64,000 nucleotides of DNA from an uncultured Verrucomicrobiae bacterium (GCA_963726745.1 CAVSDR010000006.1:971159-1035158), one strand, 5' to 3'; counted from the first letter of the stretch, positions 19,095 through 31,272 are shown. Translations and numbers: made by a program. Notes: generated from the letters alone by a model not told the origin.

Positions 19095-22000
19095 GTGGTT
19101 CCGAAGAAAGCAGAAAAACCCTGCGTCACCGCGCCCGCGGAACGCGGCTGCGTGGAGATTCGCGGAGCGCGGCAGAATAATCTCAAGGGGATCGATCTCG
19201 ACCTGCCGCTGGGGGAATTAACCGTCATCACCGGCCCGAGCGGGAGCGGCAAATCCAGCCTCGCCTTCGACACCATCTACGCGGAAGGCCAGCGGCGTTA
19301 CGTCGAGACCTTCTCGCCTTACATGCGGCAGTTCCTCGACCGGATGGACAAGCCGCGCGTCGACGAAATCCGCGGCATCCCGCCGGCGATCGCGATCGAG
19401 CAGGCGAATCCGGTGAAGTCGTCGCGCTCGACCGTCGGCACGATGACCGAGATCAACGATTACCTGAAGCTCCTCTGGCCGCGCGTGGCGCACGCATTTT
19501 GTCCGAATTGCGCGCGCGAGATCCGGCCCGAGACCGCGCAGTCGATCGCCGCGGAAATCCTCCGCGACCACGCCGGCACCAATGTGCTGCTTACTTTCTG
19601 GGTCACGGTTCCGCCGAAGACTGAGCCGCGCGATTTCTTCCAATTTATCCAGGCCCAGGGCTACCTGCGCGTCTGGCTGAACGGCGCGATCGTGCGCGCC
19701 GATACCGAGGAAAAAATCCCGCGGCTCGGCGGCCGGGTGCAGGTCATCCAGGACCGGATCAAGGTCAGCGACGAGAACCGCGCGCGCCTGACCGAGGCGC
19801 TCGAGACCGCGCTCCGCTTCGGCAAAGACCGGATCAACGTGATCCCGGAAACCGAAGGCGGGAAGGCGGAGAGCCCGGCTGTGCCCTACTCCACCGGCTG
19901 GCATTGCGCGCATTGCGATCTCGACATCCGCCCGCCCACGCCCGGGCTTTTCAGTTTCAACAGCCCGTTAGGCGCCTGCCCGGAATGCCGCGGCTTCGGA
20001 CGCACGATCGCGATCGATTACCAGCGCGCGATTCCCGATCGCTCGCTCTCGATCGCGCAGGGCGCGGTCCGGGTATTCCGCGGCGAAGAGATGGGCGAAT
20101 CGCAGAAAGATTTGCTCCGGGCCTGCGCGCGGGAGGAGATCGATCCGCATCTGCCCTTCGAGGAATTGCCGAAGGCCGACCAGGAGTTCGTGCTCAACGG
20201 CGAGCGCAAGAACGGCGAATACACCGAGGACGATTACGCGAGCGACCGCTGGTATGGAGTGAAGGGTTTCTTCAAGTGGCTCGAGAGCAAAACCTACAAG
20301 ATGCACGTGCGCGTGCTTCTCAGTCGCTACCGCGCTTACACCACCTGCCCGAGCTGCAACGGCGGCCGCTTCCAGCCGGAGGCGCTCAACTACCGCATCC
20401 TCACCGAAGCGTCGCCGGCGACGACCAACGGCTCCCAACGCCCGGCGCGACCGACGCAATTGACCCTCCCCGACCTGGCCGCGCTCCCGGTGCACCGCGC
20501 GCGCGCTTTGCTCGCGGAGCTGAAGTTGCCGCCTAACGACTCCACCGCCGCGATGCTCGCGCGCGAAGTCTCGACGCGGCTGAATTACCTTTGCGAAGTC
20601 GGCCTGGGCTACCTCACGCTCGACCGCTCCACGCGCACGCTCAGCGGCGGCGAAGTGCAACGGGTCAACCTCACCACCTGCCTCGGCGCCTCGCTCGTGA
20701 ACACGCTTTTCGTGATGGACGAGCCGAGCGTCGGCCTGCATCCGCGCGATGTCAGCCGCCTCATCCGCGTGATGCACGACCTGCGCGACAAAGGGAACAC
20801 GCTCCTCGTGGTCGAGCACGAGGAAGCGGTCATCCGCACCGCCGATCACCTGGTCGACATCGGCCCGGATCGCGGCGAACGCGGCGGCGAACTGGTCTTC
20901 GAGGGCACGCTCGAGCAGATGCTCGCCGCCCGTGGTTCGCGGTCGCTCACCCGCGATTATCTCACCGGCGAAAAGCGCATCCCGGTCCCGAAGTCGCGCC
21001 GCAAATCGGCTTCCGTGCTCAAGATCACGGGCGCGCGCGAGCACAACCTCCGGAAAATAGACGTCGAGATTCCGCTCGGCGTTTTCACCTGCGTCACCGG
21101 CGTCTCCGGTTCCGGAAAGTCGACCCTGATTCACGACGTCCTTTATCGCCACCTGCTCCAGGCGAAAGGCCAGGCGACCGAACAGGAACCCGGCGCCTGC
21201 AAGTCGGTCAGCGGCGCACACCGCATCGGCGACGTCGATCATGGTCGATCAGTCGCAACTCGCGCGCACTCCGCGTTCGACGCCGATTCTTTACCTCGGC
21301 CTCTACGATCGCGTGCGCGAACTCTTCGCCGCGCTTCCCGAGGCGCAGGCCCAGGGGCTGACCGCGAGCGCCTTCTCCTTCAACTCCGGCAGCGGCCGTT
21401 GCGAGCGTTGCTCCGGGACCGGCTTCGAGAAGATCGAGATGCAATTCCTGAGCGATCTCTTCGTCCGCTGCGCCGAGTGCGAAGGGACGCGTTTCCAGCC
21501 GCACATCCTCCGGGTGAAGCTCCACGGGCAATCGATCCACGACGTCCTGCAGATGACTGTGCGCGAGGCGATCGCCTTCTTCGCCCAGATCGGCGAGTCG
21601 GAGAAATTAGGCGACAAGATGGACGTGCTCGATGAGGTCGGGCTCGGTTACATCCGGCTCGGCCAGCCGTTGAACACCCTCAGCGGCGGCGAATCACAGC
21701 GGCTCAAGCTGGTCGCGCACCTCGGCGAAACCGGAGACGCGAAGGCGGAAACCGGGAAGCTCTTCATCTTCGACGAGCCAACCGTCGGGCTGCATTTCGA
21801 CGATGTCGCCCTGCTCGTCAGGGTGTTCCAGCGCCTGGTCGCCGCCGGGCATTCGATCGTCGTGATCGAGCACAATCTCGAGGTGATCAAATGCGCCGAT
21901 TGGGTGATCGACATCGGCCCGGAAGCGGGCGACGACGGCGGCTTGATCGTGGCCGCGGGCACTCCAGAGAATGTCGCCAAAGTCGAAGCGAGCCACACCG

Positions 22001-24765
22001 GCCGTTATCTCCGCACGGTTCTGCCGGGCGCCGCTGATGGGGCGCGCGGCAAACGAAACGGCGCCGCCCAGGTTCCGGCGGCTCCGCTGCGCTACGCGCA
22101 AGATGAAGAGGAGAGCTTCCTCCGCGTGGCCGAGGAACCGACGGGCAACGGCCGGCCGAATGCGCACGCCATCCAGATTCACGGCGCCCGCGAGCATAAC
22201 CTGAAGAACATCTCGTTAGGCATCCCGCGCGATCAGATGGTCATCATCACCGGGTTGAGCGGCTCGGGAAAATCGACGCTCGCCTTCGATATCCTTTTCG
22301 CCGAAGGCCAGCGCCGTTTTCTCGACAGCATGTCGCCCTACGCGCGGCAGTTCGTCGAGCAGATGGAAAAGCCGGATGTCGACCTGGTGGAAGGTCTTCC
22401 GCCGAGCGTCGCGATCGAGCAGCGGGTCACGCGCGGCGGCGGCAAATCCACCGTGGCCACGGTCACCGAGGTTTACCATTTTCTCCGGCTGCTCTTTGCC
22501 AAGACCGGCACGCAGTTTTGCCCGGATTGCGATCTCCCGGTGGAGAAGCAGAGCCTGGCCGCGATCGTGAAACAGGTGGAGGCCGCGGCCAAACGCGGCC
22601 CGCTCAAGGTGCTCGCGCCGCTGGTGAAAGCGCGCAAAGGCTTCCACACCGACGTCGCCCGCTGGGCCGAGCGCCAGGGCTTCGATACGCTCTTCGTCGA
22701 CGGCCAGCTCCTGCCGATCGCGCAGTTCCGCAAGCTCGAGCGCTTCAAGGAACACACGATCGACGTGGTCGTGGGCGTGATCGACGCCAAGCGCATCCTG
22801 AAAGCGCGCAACCTGGTGCAGCGTGCGCTCGACATCGGCCGCGGCACGGCCCACCTGCTCGATGCGCAGCAGCGCGTCTCGGTCATGAGCACGGAGATGA
22901 GTTGCCCGGGTTGCGGGCGCGCTTTCGAGGAACTCGACCCGCGCCTCTTCTCGTTCAATTCGCCCCACGGCGCCTGCGCGGAATGCGGCGGTTTTGGCGA
23001 GATCTGGAAACGCCCGAGCGCGGACGACAATGGCGACTCCGTGCTGGAAAACGAACTCGCGGCCGACCGCGAGTTTGAAGGGCTCGACGAGGAGGAAGCG
23101 CACGAGTGCCCGGCCTGCCACGGCTCGCGCCTGAACCCGATCGCGCGCCACGTCCGCGTGCAGGGCCAGACGATCGACCACTTCACCGCGCTCTCCGCGA
23201 TCGAGTCGCTCAACTTGCTGGGTAAACTTCGTTTCCGCGGCAACCAAAAGGTAATCGCGGCCGACCTTGTCCCGGAGATTAGACAGCGCCTTGAATTCAT
23301 GGAGAACGTCGGCCTGGGCTACCTCTCGTTAGGCCGCTCGGCCAAGACGCTCAGCGGCGGCGAGTCGCAGCGCATCCGTTTGGCCGCGCAGCTCGGCTCC
23401 AACCTGCGCGGCGTTCTTTACGTGCTCGACGAGCCGACCATCGGCCTGCATCCGCGCGACAATGTCCGCCTGCTCGAGACGCTGACCGCTTTGCGCGAGA
23501 AAGGGAACTCGCTCGTGATCGTGGAGCACGATGAGGAAACGATGCGCCGGGCGGATCACATCATCGATCTCGGACCAGGCGCGGGCATGCATGGCGGGGA
23601 GATCGTGGTCCAGGGGACGCTCGCGGAGATCAAGGCGCACCAGGGTTCCGAGACCGGCCGCTGCCTGCGCGCGCCGCTCTCGCATCCGACGCGGAAAGAG
23701 CGCCGTTCGTTAGGCGAGGTCGAGCATTGGATCGAAATCCGCGGCGCGACCGCGCACAATCTGAAGAACGTCGACGCGCGCTTTCCGGTGAACCGGCTCT
23801 CGGTCATCACCGGAATTTCCGGCAGCGGCAAGTCGACCCTGATGCGCTCGGTCCTTTTGCCGGCGATTCGCGATGGCTTGAAGAAGGGCAAGAGCGGCAA
23901 GGGCGAGCTCTTCAGCACCGTCCAGGGCGCAGAATTTTTCGAAACGGTCTACGAAGTCGACCAGTCGCCCATCGGCAAAACCTCGCGCTCCACGCCCGCG
24001 ACCTACATCAAGGTCTTCGACGAAATCCGGAACCTCTACGCGCAGCTCCCGGTCTCGCGCGTGCGCGGTTACACGAACACGCGCTTCTCCTTCAACACCG
24101 AGGGCGGCCGCTGCGAAACCTGCAAGGGCCAGGGCGTGATCAAGGTCGAGATGAGCTTCCTCCCGAGCAGCTACCTGCCCTGCGAAGACTGCGGCGGCCG
24201 GCGCTACAACGCGCAGACGCTCGAGGTGCTCTACAATGAGAAGTCGATTGGCGACGTCATGGAGATGACGCTCGAGCAGGCCGCGGAATTTTTTGCGACC
24301 AATGTGAAGATCGCGCGCCCGCTCCGGCTCCTGGTCGACACCGGCCTCGGCTACCTGAAACTCGGCCAGCCCAGCCCGACGCTCAGCGGCGGCGAAGCGC
24401 AACGCCTAAAGCTCGTGACCGAGCTCGCGCGCGGCACCGGTCGCGCGCAAAACGAGCGCATCCGCAAAATGCGCAAGCCGAAGTCGACGCTCTATCTCTT
24501 GGAAGAACCAACCATCGGCCTGCACATGGCCGACGTGGAGTTGCTCCTGAAAGTGCTCCATCGCCTGGTCGACGAAGGCAACACCGTGATCGTGATCGAG
24601 CACAACCTGAGCGTGATCGCGGAAGCGGACTACCTCGTCGACATCGGCCCCGAGGCTGGTGCCGATGGCGGCGAGGTGGTCGCGATTGGCACGCCCGAAG
24701 AAGTGGCGAAGAATCGCCTGAGCCGCACGGCTCCGTTCCTGCGCGAAGTCTTGCGCGGCAGTTAG
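19095..24765 (+). CDS. uvrA: double-length excinuclease ABC subunit A (one apparent frameshift near 21237)
   Basis: Four Walker A motifs GxSGSGKS, four LSGGE motifs, Zn fingers; removing one base joins GDV|IMVDQS (about 1890 codons). Confidence 0.93.
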
Positions 24766-24825
24766 GCGATTCGTCGTTGTGATACTCCCACTCGACGCTC
24801 AGGCCTCCGTGCGATAAGAGCAGCC

Positions 24826-25782
24826 GTGGACGCGCTCGCCTACTACCTGCATAACCTCGATCCGTTCATCTTTCGCGTCACCGAGACCTTTGGCCCGCGC
24901 TGGTATGGAATGGCCTACGTCAGCGCCTTTATCTGCGGCTTTCTCTTGCTCCGCTGGCTCGCGCAGAAAGGCTACGCCGACCTCGCGGTGTCGCAGGTGG
25001 GCGACTTCATTACCTGGGCGGCGTTCTTTGGGGTGATGGTCGGCGGCCGCCTGGGCTACGTCCTCTTTTACCGGCCGCAGATGTTGCGCGATCCGCTCTC
25101 GATCCTGCGCGTCTGGGAAGGCGGAATGGCCTCGCACGGCGGGATCATCGGGCTGGTTCTCTTCACGCTTTATTACTCGCGGAAGCACGGGCTCTCCTGG
25201 ACAAATTTAGGCGACAACTTGTGCGTCGTGGCCCCGATCGGTCTCTTCTTTGGGCGCTGCGCGAATTTCATCAACGGCGAGCTCTACGGTCGCTTCGCCT
25301 CGGTGCCGTGGGCGGTGCAATTCCCGAAAGAACTGCTCGATGGCGAGAACCCGGCCCTGACCGAGCAAGCCGTCGCCCTGGCCCACCAGATCAATCCGCT
25401 GGCTAATTCTCCGGACGCCGTGGTGGCACTGGCGCACACCGATCCACGGATCCACGAGATGCTGCGCAGCATTCTCCCGCCGCGGCATCCTTCGCAAATC
25501 TACGAGGGTCTGGTCGAGGGCGTCCTGCTTTTCCTCATTCTCTGGATCGTGCGCACGCGTTTCCGCACCCCGAACGGCGTCATCACCGGGCTCTTCCTCG
25601 CGCTCTACGCTGTCGGGCGGATCATTGTGGAAAACTTCCGTGAACCGGACGCGTCGCTCATCGGGCCGTTCACTCGCGGACAATTTTTCTCCTTCTTCCT
25701 CGTGGTGCTCGGGATCGCTTTCATCGTCGTGGCCAAGTTGCGGCCGCATTATCCGCGGAAGCGCGCAGCGACCGCTGCGTAA
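24826..25782 (+). CDS. lgt: prolipoprotein diacylglyceryl transferase
   Basis: RWYG, GGRLGYVLFY, WEGGMASHGG, GRCANFINGELYGR, RHPSQIYE. Confidence 0.96.
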   Translation: MDALAYYLHNLDPFIFRVTETFGPRWYGMAYVSAFICGFLLLRWLAQKGYADLAVSQVGDFITWAAFFGVMVGGRLGYVLFYRPQMLRDPLSILRVWEGGMASHGGIIGLVLFTLYYSRKHGLSWTNLGDNLCVVAPIGLFFGRCANFINGELYGRFASVPWAVQFPKELLDGENPALTEQAVALAHQINPLANSPDAVVALAHTDPRIHEMLRSILPPRHPSQIYEGLVEGVLLFLILWIVRTRFRTPNGVITGLFLALYAVGRIIVENFREPDASLIGPFTRGQFFSFFLVVLGIAFIVVAKLRPHYPRKRAATAA

Positions 25783-25851
25783 TACTTCCGGCCGCGTCCC
25801 GGGCGATCCGCGCTTTCCCCGGCGCCGGACTTCCGCTATTGATCGCTCAAC

Positions 25852-26616
25852 TTGGCGCCCGTGATTCTTCTGCCGCTTCTCGCCGCCGGCGGTCTGCCGT
25901 TTGCCCTCGAGCACGCGACCCTTGCCGGCAAGATCATCATCGCCTTCCTCCTCGTCGGCTCGATCTTCAGCTGGTCGGTCATGCTCACGAAACTGCGCGT
26001 GGTGCGCTTCGCGCGAAAACAGACCGCACGCTTCCGCGCCGCCTTCCGCCAGGATCGCCAGCCGCTGCGCCTCTTCGAGCATCACGCGCATTTTCCCGGC
26101 TCGCCCCTCTACCAGGTCTACCGCGCCGGCTGCGAGGAGATGAGCTTCCACTTGTTAGGCAGCGCCGAAGTGGACGAGACTTTCCGCGCCCGCCTGGAAA
26201 TAGCCGACAAGATCTCGCCTGCGCAGATGGGCGCGGTCAATGCCGCGATGGAACGCGCCGTCGGCGAGACCGCGCTCGGCCTGGAGTCGCAAATGATCCT
26301 GCTCGCGACCGCGGTCAGCGGCTCGCCCTTCCTCGGCCTGCTCGGGACTGTTTGGGGCGTGATGGACACCTTCACCGACGTGGCCGTGGCCGGCTCGCCC
26401 AACATCGCCACGATGGCGCCTGGCGTCTCCGGGGCGCTCATCACCACGGTCATGTCACTCTGCGTCGCCATTCCCGCGATGTTCGGCTACAACTTTCTCG
26501 TCACCAGCATCCGCAGCCTCGTGGTGGAGATGGATAACTTCGCCGCGGAGCTGGGCTCGGAGTTCGAGCACAAATACGTCGATCACAGCCCGCAGGCGGG
26601 AGCGTTTCGGCGATGA
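25852..26616 (+). CDS. MotA/TolQ/ExbB proton channel protein
   Basis: SPFLGLLGTVWGVM...APGVSGALITT...VAIPA. Confidence 0.93.
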   Translation: MAPVILLPLLAAGGLPFALEHATLAGKIIIAFLLVGSIFSWSVMLTKLRVVRFARKQTARFRAAFRQDRQPLRLFEHHAHFPGSPLYQVYRAGCEEMSFHLLGSAEVDETFRARLEIADKISPAQMGAVNAAMERAVGETALGLESQMILLATAVSGSPFLGLLGTVWGVMDTFTDVAVAGSPNIATMAPGVSGALITTVMSLCVAIPAMFGYNFLVTSIRSLVVEMDNFAAELGSEFEHKYVDHSPQAGAFRR

Positions 26617-26645
26617 GCCCGATCGCGGCGGAAGCCTAACGACCG

Positions 26646-27071
26646 ATGCGCCGCTACTCCCAACGCACCACCCTCTCGACTCTCTCCGAGATCAACGTCA
26701 CGCCGTTGCTCGATCTCGCGTTCGTCCTCCTGATTATCTTCATCATCACCACGCCACTCCTGGAGAATAGCCTCACGCTCTCCGTGCCCACGAGCGGCGC
26801 GGCCAAGGCGGCGATCGATCCCGCGAAAGTGCAGACGGTTTCGATCGACCGCGACGAGACGCTCCACTTCAACGAGGAAACGGTCAGCACCGAGATCTTG
26901 AGCGAGCGACTCGCGACCTTGAAGCAGGAGAACCCGGACGCCGCCGTCGTCGTCCGCCCCGATCGCACCTTGCCGGTGCAGAAACTCGTCCAGGTGATGG
27001 ATCTCCTCCAGCGCGCGCAGATCACCAAAGTCGGCCTGGCCACGACCGCGGAACCGCCGCCGGCGCCATGA
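26646..27071 (+). CDS. ExbD/TolR biopolymer transporter
   Basis: EINVTPLLDLAFVLLIIFIITTP. Confidence 0.95.
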   Translation: MRRYSQRTTLSTLSEINVTPLLDLAFVLLIIFIITTPLLENSLTLSVPTSGAAKAAIDPAKVQTVSIDRDETLHFNEETVSTEILSERLATLKQENPDAAVVVRPDRTLPVQKLVQVMDLLQRAQITKVGLATTAEPPPAP

Positions 27072-27916
27072 CCCCGCGGCGGAGCTTCTGGCGCAACGTC
27101 GGCGTCATCGGCGCGCTCCACCTTGTCGTCCTGTTCGCGCTCTACCGCTGGGGCGCTGAGCGGACCACGAAGCCGCTCCGCACGGACATCCTTTGGATGT
27201 CGAGCGCGACCGCTGCGAGCACCGAGAGCCTGCCGCCGGCGACCGAATCGCCGACCCTCCCGGCTGAGACTCCGCCGCCGGCGGAAACTCCCGCGCCGAC
27301 GCCGCCGCCGGAACCCGAGCCAAGCGCGACCCCGGACCTTGTCGTGCCCTCGCCCACCGCCACGCCGCCGCCGTCACCCACGCCCAAAGCGACCGCCACG
27401 CCCAAGCCGAAGAAAGCCAAGCGCAACCTGCCCGAGCCGACTCCGCGCAAAAAACAGCCAGCAAAATCCAAACCGAAAGCCACGCCCGCGAAGCCGAAGA
27501 AAACCGCCCAGCCTAACGAGCGCAAGACCACCTCGGCGAAGGTCAAGATTTCCGAGACCAGGACCGGCCGCGCCGCGGCCGGGGCCGGCGAAAGTGGCAA
27601 CAGCAGCGGCGGCGGCGATCCTTCCCGCTTCAACTGGTATGGCAACATGCTCCACGACCGTTTCTTTGGCGCCTGGACGCAGCCCAAGACCGCCGAGGCC
27701 ACCGGCAGCCGCATGTCCGCGCTTGTCCTCCTGCGGATCGAAGCCGACGGCCGCGTTTCGAAGTTCGAGATCGTCCGCTCCTCCGGCAACGTGGTCGTGG
27801 ACGAGTCGGTCAACGCGGTGGCAAAACGCGTGACCGCGGTCGATCCGCTCCCGGCCGGGATGGCACCGCGCGGATTCTACGAAGTGAAAATCAACTTCGA
27901 GCTGAACGTGGAATAG
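27068..27916 (+). CDS. TonB/TolA-like energy transducer
   Basis: N-terminal TM with His, P/K-rich linker, C-terminal SSGN..VDES domain. Confidence 0.88.
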   Translation: MTPRRSFWRNVGVIGALHLVVLFALYRWGAERTTKPLRTDILWMSSATAASTESLPPATESPTLPAETPPPAETPAPTPPPEPEPSATPDLVVPSPTATPPPSPTPKATATPKPKKAKRNLPEPTPRKKQPAKSKPKATPAKPKKTAQPNERKTTSAKVKISETRTGRAAAGAGESGNSSGGGDPSRFNWYGNMLHDRFFGAWTQPKTAEATGSRMSALVLLRIEADGRVSKFEIVRSSGNVVVDESVNAVAKRVTAVDPLPAGMAPRGFYEVKINFELNVE

Positions 27917-28928
27917 CTAAAGGAGTGCGACCGCTTTCCCTTCGCGTCCCTCCACCTGCTCGAGCGTGCATTGCCGCGGCGCCTTATCTTTCCGCCAGCG
28001 AACGATTTTCGTGCCGTGCCGGAATCGCCCCCCGGTGAAATGGTCGTAGGTCACTTCGACGACGATCTTCGGGTCCACCGGAACCCACTCCGCGCTCCGT
28101 TCCGTGCTCCAGCGGCTCGGGCCGCCCGGGGCGTCGCCGGTAAAGCCGGGCGCCTTCTTGAGTGCTTCAAACTTCTTTGTTAATGCCGGGCGCTCGCTGG
28201 CCTTGAAGGCCGAGGAAAATCCGACGTGATGCAAGAGGCCTTCGTCGTCGTAGAGGCCGAGGAGGAGCGAGCCGAGCTGGTTGCCTTTGCTCGCGTAACG
28301 GAAGCCGCCGACCACGCAATCGACCGTGCGAATTTGTTTCACTTTCACCATCGCGGTCCGCTCGCCGGAGGCATAGGCCGCGTCGAGTTGCTTTGCGATC
28401 ACGCCATCGAGATCGCCGCCGACTCGGTCGAACCAGCGCTTGCGCTTTCTTCAGGTCGGTCGTCGCCGGCGAAAGCCGCAAGTTGCCGGCTAAATTTTTG
28501 CCGGCGAATTGCTCCAGCCGCTTCCGGCGCGTCCGCAGAGGCTCGCCCACGAGCGAGTCTTTCCCTTCGGCGAGCAAGTCGAAGACCACGAACATCGCCG
28601 GGTGCGCCGCGGCCAGTTTTTGCACCCGGCTGGCAGCGGGATGGAGCCGCAGCTGCAGCTCGTCGAAGGAAAGCGCGCCCTCGATTTCAATCACCAATTC
28701 CCCATCGAGGACGAACTTTTTTGCCGGCACTTTCTCGAGCGCAGCCACGACGTCGGGAAAGTAACGTGCGAGCGGCTGCCCGGCTTTCGATTGCAGATAA
28801 ACCTCCTTGCCGTCACGAAAGGCGACGCAGCGGAAGCCATCCCATTTCGGCTCGTATTGCCATTCATTGCCCGTCGGGATTTCGTCGACCGAGCGAGCTT
28901 CCATCGGCGGCAGCGGTGGCTGGAGCAT
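27917..28928 (-). CDS. ATP-dependent DNA ligase, LigC-like (apparent frameshift near 28440)
   Basis: YEPKWDGFR, LDGEL, FDLL, DGVIAK, GSLLLGLY, RFRHG, GGPSRWS. Confidence 0.88.
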
Positions 28929-29530
28929 CAAGAATATCTTCGCGGCTCGAGCTTCGGCGGGCGTTTCCCTTTTCGCACTGCGCCGAGCACCGGGGCGTAG
29001 GTCAGCTCCGTCCGGTCGACCGCGCAGCGCAGGAGCAAGCCGCCGCGGCTCATGTCGCCGCGCCCCACGAAATCGGCCGGAAAGAGCAGGCGCTCGCCAA
29101 ATTTTGCCAGCAAGACGTCGACGTATTTGCCGGTGGCGATGCTGCCTAGCAAGACGATTTCCCGGCGGGCCGGCAACGCGGCCACATCCCGCTCCAGCGG
29201 TGCGCGGTAGCGCGGGTCGTCCTCGCTAATGTCGACCTCGCCAAAGGCCCGCAGCTCCGCGAGCGAGAGCGGGTGATCGGCGCGCAGCAGCCCGCGATTG
29301 GGCGTGATCACGAGCACGTTTTCCGGCGGGGCGAAGGCGGAGGCGTAAGCCAGTTTCCCGCGAAAGTAGAGGCCGCTGAGGAAGGTGAAGACTTCGCCAA
29401 GAGTCGGTGGCTGCGGACTGCGCAGGCGCTGCGCGAGGGCGAATTGCGCGCGCGCGCTCATGAGCATTTGCGCGCGCTTGCCGCCCGCATAGGCCGGCGA
29501 GAGGAGGAAGACGCGGGATTTCCCGGTCAT
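28928..29530 (-). CDS. conserved hypothetical protein (weak YaaA-like motifs)
   Basis: FLLSPA...FLSGLYFRGKL...LLGSIATGKY...GRGDMSRGGLLLR; overlaps both neighbours. Confidence 0.75.
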   Translation of the reverse strand: MTGKSRVFLLSPAYAGGKRAQMLMSARAQFALAQRLRSPQPPTLGEVFTFLSGLYFRGKLAYASAFAPPENVLVITPNRGLLRADHPLSLAELRAFGEVDISEDDPRYRAPLERDVAALPARREIVLLGSIATGKYVDVLLAKFGERLLFPADFVGRGDMSRGGLLLRCAVDRTELTYAPVLGAVRKGKRPPKLEPRRYS

Positions 29531-29889
29531 GGAGCAGCGGTGCGGCTGCGGTGCGCTTCCATCTCCGCAAGGTGCGCCTCGGTCCAGCGGCAGAGGGTTT
29601 GCAGCGGCCCGAGAAGCGAGCGGCCGAGCGGCGTGAGGGTGTATTCCACTTTCGGCACGGCTTGCGGGTAGACCTTTCGCCGCACCAGCCCGTCGCGCTC
29701 GAGACTGCGCAGGGTTTGCGTGAGGACTTTTTGCGAGATGTCGCCGATCTCCCGCTGGAGCGCGCCGTAACGGTAGGTCCCGCCGGCCAGCACCTGGATA
29801 ATAATAGCCGTCCACTTGTCCGCGATCCGGTCGAGGACCAGGCGCGAGGGACAGCCGGCGCTCAGGACCGAGTAGCTGCTTTTCCCCAT
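29527..29889 (-). CDS. HxlR family transcriptional regulator
   Basis: CPSRLVLDRIADKW...ISQKVLTQTLRSLERDGLV...PKVEYTLT. Confidence 0.92.
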   Translation of the reverse strand: MGKSSYSVLSAGCPSRLVLDRIADKWTAIIIQVLAGGTYRYGALQREIGDISQKVLTQTLRSLERDGLVRRKVYPQAVPKVEYTLTPLGRSLLGPLQTLCRWTEAHLAEMEAHRSRTAAP

Positions 29890-29982
29890 CTGCCTCTCTA
29901 GGACGGATCGCCTCCAGCGCAAGCCCGCGCCGGCCCCTGCGCGCTTGTCTTTTTCGCGGGTTGATCGGACCTTTTCCTTGCA

Positions 29983-31272
29983 GTGAAAATCCTGATCGTC
30001 GGCAGCGGCGGACGCGAACATGCGCTCGCCTGGAAACTGAAGCAGTCCCCCCGCGTGCGGGAGATTTTCACCGCTCCCGGGAACGCCGGGACCGCGCACG
30101 TGGGCGAGAACGTCCCGATCTCCGCGCACGAGATCGGGAAGCTGGCGGACTTTGCGCAGGCGCAAAGCATCGACCTCACGGTCATCGGCCCGGACGATCC
30201 GCTGGCCGCGGGCGTGGTCGATCTTTTCCAAGCCCGCGGACTGCGCGTCTTTGGCCCCACAAAGAGCGCGGCGCGGCTGGAATCGTCGAAGATTTTTGCG
30301 AAGGAAATGATGCGCCGCAGCGGCGTGCCCACGGCGATGGCGGGCTCGTTTAGCAAGTCGGAGGACGCGCTCAAATTCTGCGAGCGCCTCGACTTTTACC
30401 CGAAGGTGATCAAGGCCGACGGTCTCGCACTCGGCAAGGGCGTGGTCATCGCGCAGACCTGCGACGAGGCCAAGGCGGCGATCGACGAAATGATGAACCA
30501 GCAGCGCTTCGGCGAAGCGGGACAGCGCATCGTGGTGGAGGAATTTCTCCGCGGCACCGAGTGCTCGCTGCATGCGCTGGTGAGTGGCGAGCGCTATCTC
30601 CTGCTCGCGACCGCGCGCGACCACAAGCGCGCGCTCGAGGGCGACCGCGGGCCGAACACCGGCGGGATGGGCGCGCTCAGCCCGGCCGAGAATTGGGGCG
30701 CGGCCGAGGAGGAACGGTTTCATCGCGAGATCATGTGGCCGTTGCTCGAAGGTCTGCGGCAGCAGGGGATCGGTTTTCGCGGCCTGCTTTTCCCGGGGGT
30801 GATGTTGACCGCGGAAGGTCCGCGCGTGCTCGAGTTTAACTGCCGCTTCGGCGACCCGGAGACGCAGGCGATCCTCCCGCGTTTGCGCTCGGATTTGCTC
30901 GAGCTGCTCGAGGCGACGGTCGACGGCACCCTCGAAAAAGTCGCGCTCGAGTGGGATCCGCGCTGCGCGGTCACGGTGGTCATGGCTTCCGGCGGTTACC
31001 CCGGAAAATACGAGACCGGCCGCGAAATCCATGGGCTCGAGGAGTGCCGCGAGCTCGAAGACGTGGAGGTCTTCCACGCGGGCACGCGTCTCGAGAGCGG
31101 CCGCGTGGTCACGGCCGGCGGGCGCGTGCTCGCGGTGACCGCGCTGGGCGAGGACGTCGCGCAAGCGCGCGCGCGGGCCTACGCGGCGGTCGAACGGATT
31201 CGCTTCGAAGGGGCGCATTACCGGCGGGACATTGCCCTCCCGGCGGTTGCGGCTAAGGTCGCAGGCCACTGA
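29983..31272 (+). CDS. purD: phosphoribosylamine-glycine ligase
   Basis: GSGGREHALAW, KADGLALGKGV, GPNTGGMG, EFNCRFGDPETQ. Confidence 0.97.
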   Translation: MKILIVGSGGREHALAWKLKQSPRVREIFTAPGNAGTAHVGENVPISAHEIGKLADFAQAQSIDLTVIGPDDPLAAGVVDLFQARGLRVFGPTKSAARLESSKIFAKEMMRRSGVPTAMAGSFSKSEDALKFCERLDFYPKVIKADGLALGKGVVIAQTCDEAKAAIDEMMNQQRFGEAGQRIVVEEFLRGTECSLHALVSGERYLLLATARDHKRALEGDRGPNTGGMGALSPAENWGAAEEERFHREIMWPLLEGLRQQGIGFRGLLFPGVMLTAEGPRVLEFNCRFGDPETQAILPRLRSDLLELLEATVDGTLEKVALEWDPRCAVTVVMASGGYPGKYETGREIHGLEECRELEDVEVFHAGTRLESGRVVTAGGRVLAVTALGEDVAQARARAYAAVERIRFEGAHYRRDIALPAVAAKVAGH

